Below are positions 58,231 through 64,000 of a DNA stretch of 64,000 bases, in pieces (the stretch's first letter is position 1; each line of letters starts with the position of its first letter). Origin of the DNA: an uncultured Gammaproteobacteria bacterium (GTDB lineage Bacteria > Patescibacteriota > Patescibacteriia > Magasanikbacterales > UBA922). The notes under the pieces are model-generated. The model was not told where the DNA came from. It saw only the letters and a program-made list of their open reading frames with translations, and did not search any database. Where the stretch lies: assembly GCA_964612105.1 (NCBI GenBank), contig CAZTEU010000003.1:67050-131049 (forward strand). Direction: 5' to 3'. The position numbers were made by a program, and so were the translations under genes.

Positions 58231-59444
58231 AATTTCTTATACAGTGCTTCAATTGCACTCACATGATCTTCTGAATTATTCTTTCGTACAACTTCCTTAC
58301 TCAGCTTTAAGCCTCGTATCCTCCTTTTTTCTGACCCAGAAATGTACCATAATTTTATTTTTTTTGCAAGATCCGCAGGGTCATTTGGACTAACGAGCAT
58401 GTCTTTTGGAAGAAGCTCTGGTATGCCCCCTATCTTACTGGCCACAACTATTTTACCCATAGATTTTGCCTCTAGGATACTAAGAGGTGCGTTCTCATAC
58501 CATATTGACGGAGCCACCATAATACGTGCACTTTTCAAATAATTCACCAATTTATTTCCAGTCTGGAAACCAACCATCTTAACATTTGTAATTTTATCTT
58601 TTTTTATCTTATTTTTTAGTTCACTTTCTAGTGGACCAGTTCCAACTATTGTATGAGGAATGTCTGAGTTTAATTTTGCAGATTCTAATAGCACATCTAG
58701 ACCCTTCTCTTCCGAAAGCCTCCCAACAAACAACACCCTGTCCCCTTCCTTGTTTGAATATTTAAATCTGTCTGTATTAACAGGGTTTGTAATATGTACA
58801 AATTTCTTTCTATCCCATCCATGTTTAACACATAGATTAAGCATAAATTCACTTGGTGCAATAAATTTATCTATATACTTTTCATAGTACTTCATTATCT
58901 TATGATTCCAAATCATGGAAGCAACACTGACTGCACTTTGTACTCTACTATCTTTTACACACTTATTCCCTATACAAGACAAGTATAGCCCTTTAGCATC
59001 TTCCTCATGTACCTCTCCATGATGGAATAAACTGTAATTTGGGCATATTAACTTGTAGTCATGTAGGGTCATCACCACCTTAAGACCATATTTTTTCGCT
59101 ATTGGCAAAATAGATGGAGAAATATGATGATATATGTTATGAATATGCAAAACATTCGGTTTATACTCCCTAACTAAACGTTCGAATTGCTTTCTTGCTT
59201 GATTAGAATAAAAAAAATGAGTTAGCGCTATGGCTTTTTCTTTATATCCCAACTTACTTGGGTCTGAAAGATTAAAATAATCTACAAAATATTTTTTTTG
59301 AGGAGAGCTAAGAGATTCCTTTTGCTTGCATGAGAATGGAAATACCTCATGATTACGTTCTTTGAGCAAATCAGAAAGCTCCAACATATAGTTGGATGCC
59401 CCATCTCTCTTCCAGAAGTATTTGTGTGCTTGGACAATCTTCAT
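58227..59444 (-). CDS. Glycosyltransferase family 4.
   Basis: GT-B fold with a C-terminal APSIWYENAPLSILEAKSMGKIVVASKIGGIPE motif. Confidence 0.65.
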   Translation of the reverse strand: MKIVQAHKYFWKRDGASNYMLELSDLLKERNHEVFPFSCKQKESLSSPQKKYFVDYFNLSDPSKLGYKEKAIALTHFFYSNQARKQFERLVREYKPNVLHIHNIYHHISPSILPIAKKYGLKVVMTLHDYKLICPNYSLFHHGEVHEEDAKGLYLSCIGNKCVKDSRVQSAVSVASMIWNHKIMKYYEKYIDKFIAPSEFMLNLCVKHGWDRKKFVHITNPVNTDRFKYSNKEGDRVLFVGRLSEEKGLDVLLESAKLNSDIPHTIVGTGPLESELKNKIKKDKITNVKMVGFQTGNKLVNYLKSARIMVAPSIWYENAPLSILEAKSMGKIVVASKIGGIPELLPKDMLVSPNDPADLAKKIKLWYISGSEKRRIRGLKLSKEVVRKNNSEDHVSAIEALYKKL

Positions 59445-60559
59445 CTACTTTTAATTATCTTGTTATAGATATTCTCATAACTCTCAACCATTTTATCCAT
59501 TCCAAACTCCTTCCCAGCTTTCACACGTGCTCTATTTGCAATGCCTTTTCCAATTTCTGGATGTTCAAAAATATTTTTTAGAGCACTCTTTATTTCCTTT
59601 ACACTTCTAGCCTTAACAAGAAATCCATTTTTTTCATTATCTACCATCTCAGGAATACCTCCTGTTCTTGAGGCTATAATCAAACGCTCAGAAGCCATAC
59701 CTTCCATCACAACCCTACCTAGTCCTTCCCAGTGAGAAGGCACAAGTAGAACATCTGTTTTGCTGTATACGTCTTGTACATTTTTTGTACTCTTATGAAT
59801 ATTTACTCTTCCAGACAATCCGAAAGATAAAATTTTCTTTTCTATCTTTTTTTTGTCCTCTCCATCCCCCACTATATCTAATTTCCATGGATAATCTTTA
59901 AGTTGTTTCAATGCTTTTAGGGCTGTTATGTGGCCTTTTTGAGAACTCAATCTACCTACAATTAATAACCTCAAGTCTTTCTCAAAGTTTGGGATACTTT
60001 TTATAGATAAAAACTTTGATAAATCAATTCCATACCTAATCACGTCTATATTCTTACTAATTCCATATGATTTCTTCATGAAAGATTGTATAGCCTTCGA
60101 TGGGCAAGAATATGCTTTACTGTAATTCTTTATATGTCGTTTTATTATTTTTTTTATAAACCCCTCACCAACATTTATATTATGCTCTGTAGTAACAACA
60201 GGTATTCCGACTTTGTAAGCAGAAACTCTTGCCCAAAAATCCCCACCAAATAAGTTTGTATGGACTATGTCTGGTTTTATTCTCTTAAATACCCTTTCTA
60301 AGTCATTAAACAGGTGTAAACTCACCTTGCCTTTTTTTGGGACAACAACAATATCTGCATTTTTAACTTCTGACCCAAGTGGATTATTGTTAGACAAGGT
60401 AATAATTGTAGAACAAAATTTCTTCCTGTCCAGATTATTAACCAAATCAACAACAAAACGCTCTGCACCTCCAAAACTAAGTGTTGGTATTACGTGTACA
60501 ATATGTATTTTTTTATTCATATATTTTTCTGGCTTGCAGAACAGAAGCAGACGCAACAC
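59441..60559 (-). CDS. Glycosyltransferase family 4.
   Basis: IVHVIPTLSFGGAERFV N-terminus and PSHWEGLGRVVMEGMASERLIIASRTGGIPE. The likely start is MNKKIHIV near 60520. Confidence 0.7.
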   Translation of the reverse strand: MLRLLLFCKPEKYMNKKIHIVHVIPTLSFGGAERFVVDLVNNLDRKKFCSTIITLSNNNPLGSEVKNADIVVVPKKGKVSLHLFNDLERVFKRIKPDIVHTNLFGGDFWARVSAYKVGIPVVTTEHNINVGEGFIKKIIKRHIKNYSKAYSCPSKAIQSFMKKSYGISKNIDVIRYGIDLSKFLSIKSIPNFEKDLRLLIVGRLSSQKGHITALKALKQLKDYPWKLDIVGDGEDKKKIEKKILSFGLSGRVNIHKSTKNVQDVYSKTDVLLVPSHWEGLGRVVMEGMASERLIIASRTGGIPEMVDNEKNGFLVKARSVKEIKSALKNIFEHPEIGKGIANRARVKAGKEFGMDKMVESYENIYNKIIKSR

Positions 60560-61988
60560 CCAAAGGTAACCACATCACACTGTTAAAATATGAAGTGTTA
60601 AATAGTTGGAAAACCACAGCTCCCACAACAGTTAGGAGCATTATTGAGACATACCTATCTCTCCTATATTTATATAGAAGTAAAATATTCCAAATTAGGA
60701 AACTAACAAAAAGTATTAAACCAACATAGCCCTCTTCTAAAATTATTTTTTGTATAAAACCATGGCCGTCTAATGGGTCACCGTAATCCAAACGATATAT
60801 ATAGCTGTCACCAAGCACTGTTAGAAAAGTACCTGGACCAAAACCTTCTACTGGCCTAAGTGTTGAATAAAAAAATGCTGCTTTTGTTGCCCCAACTCTT
60901 GCAGATGTAGAACTTTTAACAATACTTGTTGAGAAAAATATGAATAATAATAGAGCTAGAGGTATAACAAACAGACCAATTGAAAGAACCATTCTAGGAA
61001 GTTGGCCAATTAGTTTCTTTGCGTGTGACCTATAAATAAGAATAAATAATATTGTTTGTATTACTAATGCAATCCACGCTGCTCTGGAGAAAGTAAGCAG
61101 AGTAGATATAATCATAAGAACAGAACCATAAGCAAATATCTGTTTGTGTAGCTTTGTGTGAGACCTAAGTGCTAGCATTACACCAATTGGAATTATTGCA
61201 ACCAAAACTTCCGCTATTTGATTATGATTATATCCAAGTGGAGAAAACCCCTTAATCCCAAAAGGTACTACACGCATCCACCCAATATGATCCACAAGTA
61301 TTAGTGATAGTAGTCCAAAAATTGCTATTGCCACACCTGTAAAAAACCAGATGTACAAGGTTCTGCGAAGTATTTTGCGTGTCCTAACAATGAGAATTGG
61401 AGCAATCCAATATGCCAAGAAAACAAACAAAATCGGACGTAGCAAGTACTTCATACTAGCGAAAGTAAGACCTTCGTATGCACCTAGTGAAGAGTACATC
61501 CCAAAACAAAGAAAAAGTACGTATATAGCTAGACCAATAAATATTTTTGGAAGAATTTTTCTTATCTGCTTATTGTAAGCACCAAAAATAGTGCTTAATG
61601 TTATACTGACTAACAACAGAATAGATATAAAGTCCACAAGTGGAGCGTTAATACTTCCAAGTATCCAAACGTCTTTTAGCTGTTCATATCTAGAGAAATC
61701 AACTAGCCAACCATGAAATAGTCCCGAAAATGCAACTGCATAGAAGCACCAATCCTGATGCAAAATACATATAGTTAAAACACCAAGAAGCACAGGCACA
61801 ATTACTGCTAATGGATATATATGCCATAAAGCTATTGTTACAAATACTAACAAAAGACTTGTTAGTAGTGTTATACGAAAAGAATATCCAGTTGAGTTGG
61901 TAGGTTTAAGAAAATTGGTTTTTTTCATATCAGTTTCGATGTGAGTATAGCTTAATTTCAGTGTTTTTTCAAATAAAAAAACTGCCAT
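60513..61988 (-). CDS. O-antigen ligase/polymerase-like (Wzy_C) polytopic membrane protein.
   Basis: At least 10 TM helices and an FSRAAWIALVIQ motif typical of the Wzy_C loop. Confidence 0.4.
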   Translation of the reverse strand: MAVFLFEKTLKLSYTHIETDMKKTNFLKPTNSTGYSFRITLLTSLLLVFVTIALWHIYPLAVIVPVLLGVLTICILHQDWCFYAVAFSGLFHGWLVDFSRYEQLKDVWILGSINAPLVDFISILLLVSITLSTIFGAYNKQIRKILPKIFIGLAIYVLFLCFGMYSSLGAYEGLTFASMKYLLRPILFVFLAYWIAPILIVRTRKILRRTLYIWFFTGVAIAIFGLLSLILVDHIGWMRVVPFGIKGFSPLGYNHNQIAEVLVAIIPIGVMLALRSHTKLHKQIFAYGSVLMIISTLLTFSRAAWIALVIQTILFILIYRSHAKKLIGQLPRMVLSIGLFVIPLALLLFIFFSTSIVKSSTSARVGATKAAFFYSTLRPVEGFGPGTFLTVLGDSYIYRLDYGDPLDGHGFIQKIILEEGYVGLILFVSFLIWNILLLYKYRRDRYVSIMLLTVVGAVVFQLFNTSYFNSVMWLPLGVASASVLQARKIYE

Positions 61989-62193
61989 ATTTGGCGGTTT
62001 TTTATTTAGGTTTTACCCCGTGTCACTGATCACTTTTTGTAAAATGGTCAATGTTCGGGGCCCGGTCGCATGGATTGCATGCGACCGGGCGGAAACTAGA
62101 GCACTATCGTCCCGAAGGACATTAGATTTCATAGTACCCCCTCTGCGTATTCATTCGCGGAGTGGAGGGGGATTTTCCCGAGAGAAAACAAAG

Positions 62194-64000
62194 CTACTTG
62201 GCGGCCGGAGGTTCGAACGCCTTGAAGGTGATGTCAAGCCCGTTCGCACCGTTGGACTTGTACGAATCACCCATGTTGAAGGACTGGGTAAGCCCCTCGA
62301 GGCTTGCGGAGATCGACGTGCCGTGGCTGACTTGGCCATGAACTGCGTCTTTTCCAATACCCCAGCCGATAGCTTGCGCGTAGAAGTCCGTTGGGTCATC
62401 CTCCATGGGATAGAGGAACAGCTGGAGCTTGTCACAGACCAGCGTGTGAGAACCCTTGGGAATCATCATTTCCAGTGTCACAGTAGGTGATGTCTGATTG
62501 CTGCACACCAAATTGCTGTTGCAACGCTTCGGCGCAAGCGCTTTGGTATAGATGGGAGCTTCCACCCCATCAACCGAGTGCTTCTTGCTCATGTTCCAGA
62601 GAGGGAGGTTCTCCCCGCTTGGACCGGTGATCGAGCACGTACCTGAGATGACGACGCTTTTCGCCAACTTGTGCTGGTTGTACTCCCAGAGTGCGTTGGT
62701 GGTTTTCCATGCCACCGACACCTTCACCTTTTCAGTGCAGTTGGGCTTCGCATCGTGGATGCATTTGCCCGACTTGCAGGTGTCAGTGGTGCACTCCTTC
62801 CCGTCAGTGCAGGTCAGAGAGTCATCCGACACATTCGTGCATTTGGCCTTGGTCTTGTCAGCCGGGTCAGGGCCACAGGAGTCCTTGGTGCAGGAATTGT
62901 TGTCGTCGCAGGTCAGCGTCGGATTCTTCGACGGGCAGTTGCCAGTCTCAAGAATGCAGACGTTGTCCAACGTGCAGGGGTCGTTGTCGTCGCAGGTCTT
63001 GGTGTTCTTCGCCTGGTCGCACTTCCCCGACTTGCAGTTGTCCCCGCTGGTGCAGAGATCCCCGTCATCGCACTTGGAGCCATCCTGGACGGCCTTGTTG
63101 ACGCACTTGCCAGTCTTGGAGTCACAGGAATCGGTGGTGCAGACATTGCTGTCGTCGCAAGACGCCAGCTTGGTCACGCATTTCCCGTCCTTGCAAACAT
63201 CCTCGACCGTGCACAGGTTGTCATCCGAGCACGCAGCGGAGTTGTTGGCATTGACACACCCCTTGACCTTGTCACAGGTGTCGGTGGTGCAATCGTTACC
63301 ATCCGAGCACGCAGCCGGCGAACCGGCCTTGCACTCACCCGCCTTGCAGGAGTCTTTGACCGTGCAGGCATCGCCATCGGAACAGGCGTTGGCATCGTTG
63401 TTGGTGAACTTGCAACCCGTCTTGGAATTGCAGGAGTCATCGGTGCAGGGGTTGTTGTCGTTGCAAACGACCTTCTCCCCCGACCCGCATTTGGCCTGCT
63501 TGTCGCATTTCTCGTTCACCGTGCAGGCGTCGGCATCGTCGCACTGGGCGACATCAGCCTCAACCTTCACAACGTAGACGCATTTGCCGTCCTTGGCGTT
63601 GCAGGAGTCCTTGGTGCACTGGTTGTCATCGTTGCAATTCTTGCCAGAGCTTTCGCACTGACCAGCCTTGCAAACATCGACAGTGCAGGCATCGCCATCC
63701 GTGCAGCTGTTCTTGTCGTTGACCTTGTACTGGCAGGTGCCAGTCTTCGGGTCGCAGCTGTCATCGGTGCAGGACTTGCTGTCGTCGCAAGTGGCCTTGG
63801 CGCCGGGGGCGCACTTACCATCCTTGCAAACATCAGCCTGCGTGCACTTGTCACCATCATCGCAGGCGACCGTGTTGGCCGTCCACACGCAACCTTTCTT
63901 GGGGTCACAGGTGTCATTGGTGCAGGGGTTCTTGTCGTCGCACTTGGACGTGTCGATGACGTGGGTGCAACCGGTCTTGGGATCGCAGTTGTCGGTGGTG
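62194..64000 (-). CDS. Cys-rich tandem-repeat protein (CxDxxxCTxDxCxxGxC-type, myxo_disulf_rpt/DUF4215-like) with a C-terminal non-repeat domain of about 200 aa. It is partial: the N-terminus lies beyond the window.
   Basis: More than 20 repeats such as CTDDSCDPKTGTC / CSDGDACTVKDSCKAGEC. The frame stays open through 64000 (...TTDNCDPKTGCTHVIDTSKCDDKNPCTNDTCDPKKGC...). GC is about 60% with GC3-biased codons (TGC, GAC, AAG, ACC), unlike the rest of the window. Confidence 0.7.
   Translation of the reverse strand, partial: TTDNCDPKTGCTHVIDTSKCDDKNPCTNDTCDPKKGCVWTANTVACDDGDKCTQADVCKDGKCAPGAKATCDDSKSCTDDSCDPKTGTCQYKVNDKNSCTDGDACTVDVCKAGQCESSGKNCNDDNQCTKDSCNAKDGKCVYVVKVEADVAQCDDADACTVNEKCDKQAKCGSGEKVVCNDNNPCTDDSCNSKTGCKFTNNDANACSDGDACTVKDSCKAGECKAGSPAACSDGNDCTTDTCDKVKGCVNANNSAACSDDNLCTVEDVCKDGKCVTKLASCDDSNVCTTDSCDSKTGKCVNKAVQDGSKCDDGDLCTSGDNCKSGKCDQAKNTKTCDDNDPCTLDNVCILETGNCPSKNPTLTCDDNNSCTKDSCGPDPADKTKAKCTNVSDDSLTCTDGKECTTDTCKSGKCIHDAKPNCTEKVKVSVAWKTTNALWEYNQHKLAKSVVISGTCSITGPSGENLPLWNMSKKHSVDGVEAPIYTKALAPKRCNSNLVCSNQTSPTVTLEMMIPKGSHTLVCDKLQLFLYPMEDDPTDFYAQAIGWGIGKDAVHGQVSHGTSISASLEGLTQSFNMGDSYKSNGANGLDITFKAFEPPAAK

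Noticed and set aside
2105-61578. Dozens of 60-150-aa plus-strand ORFs embedded in the minus-strand genes, for example 2105-2377, 3505-3768, 7030-7287, 20452-20853, 27851-28141, 37816-38127 and 49133-49525.
   Set aside because: Each lies antisense within a well-supported longer gene. They have low-complexity or hydrophobic composition typical of AT-rich antisense frames, and no start context or motifs.
62205-62225. GGTTCGAACGCC, a tRNA T-loop-like string.
   Set aside because: It lies in the coding 3' end and tail of the GC-rich gene, and no cloverleaf (acceptor or anticodon stems) can be built around it. No tRNA genes could be supported anywhere in the window.
62552-63577. A 341-aa plus-strand ORF, together with several Arg/Pro/Thr-rich ORFs at 62691-63101, 62913-63146, 63174-63440 and 63567-63917.
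   Set aside because: All are antisense or alternate-frame ORFs inside the high-GC Cys-repeat gene. Long open frames are expected by chance in GC-rich DNA. Their low-complexity R/P/T/S composition and lack of motifs mark them as spurious.
1-64000. Search for CRISPR arrays, transposases, integrases, toxin-antitoxin pairs or a phage module.
   Set aside because: No regularly spaced direct repeats, no DDE/serine/tyrosine recombinase motifs and no small two-gene cassettes were found. The only excisionase-like HTH lacks a partner integrase, so a mobile-element interpretation of 52500-55000 is not supported.

Overview
This window is an AT-rich bacterial locus, roughly one-third GC by eye, and almost all of it is one very large cell-surface glycan and glycosylation supercluster. 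Positions ~1-46200 are a nearly gapless run of minus-strand genes with frequent 4-bp start/stop overlaps. They encode about 11 GT4 glycosyltransferases and 4 GT2 polyprenyl-phosphate glycosyltransferase-like enzymes. Six large polytopic membrane proteins carry GT-C (GT39/PMT/ArnT-like) loop motifs, and two membrane proteins are O-antigen-ligase/Wzy_C-like. Nucleotide-sugar pathways are present for GDP-D-glycero-D-manno-heptose (gmhA, gmhB, a GHMP kinase, a nucleotidyltransferase, plus transaldolase), a GDP-6-deoxyhexose (gmd plus a reductase) and UDP-uronate/UDP-xylose (two sugar dehydrogenases plus UXS). Three SAM methyltransferases and an AsnB-type amidotransferase are also present. Directly downstream sits a 1249-aa Thr/Ser/Gly-rich secreted giant protein with its own sigma70-like promoter and a GC-hairpin terminator. 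It is followed by a GC-enriched structured intergenic element. Next come an ECF-type sigma factor with a membrane-anchored acidic coiled-coil partner (putative anti-sigma), then an excisionase-family HTH gene preceded by three copies of a 24-bp palindrome. Beyond that are further surface proteins and GT4 genes. The last ~2 kb (from ~62057) switches abruptly to about 60% GC by eye. It encodes a Cys-rich tandem-repeat protein (CxDxxxCTxDxC-type) that runs off the window. This is either horizontally acquired or a chimeric assembly. The gene content is reminiscent of a Patescibacteria/CPR-like or other low-GC bacterium, but no taxonomic marker is present. No rRNA, tRNA, CRISPR array, transposase or integrase could be supported.
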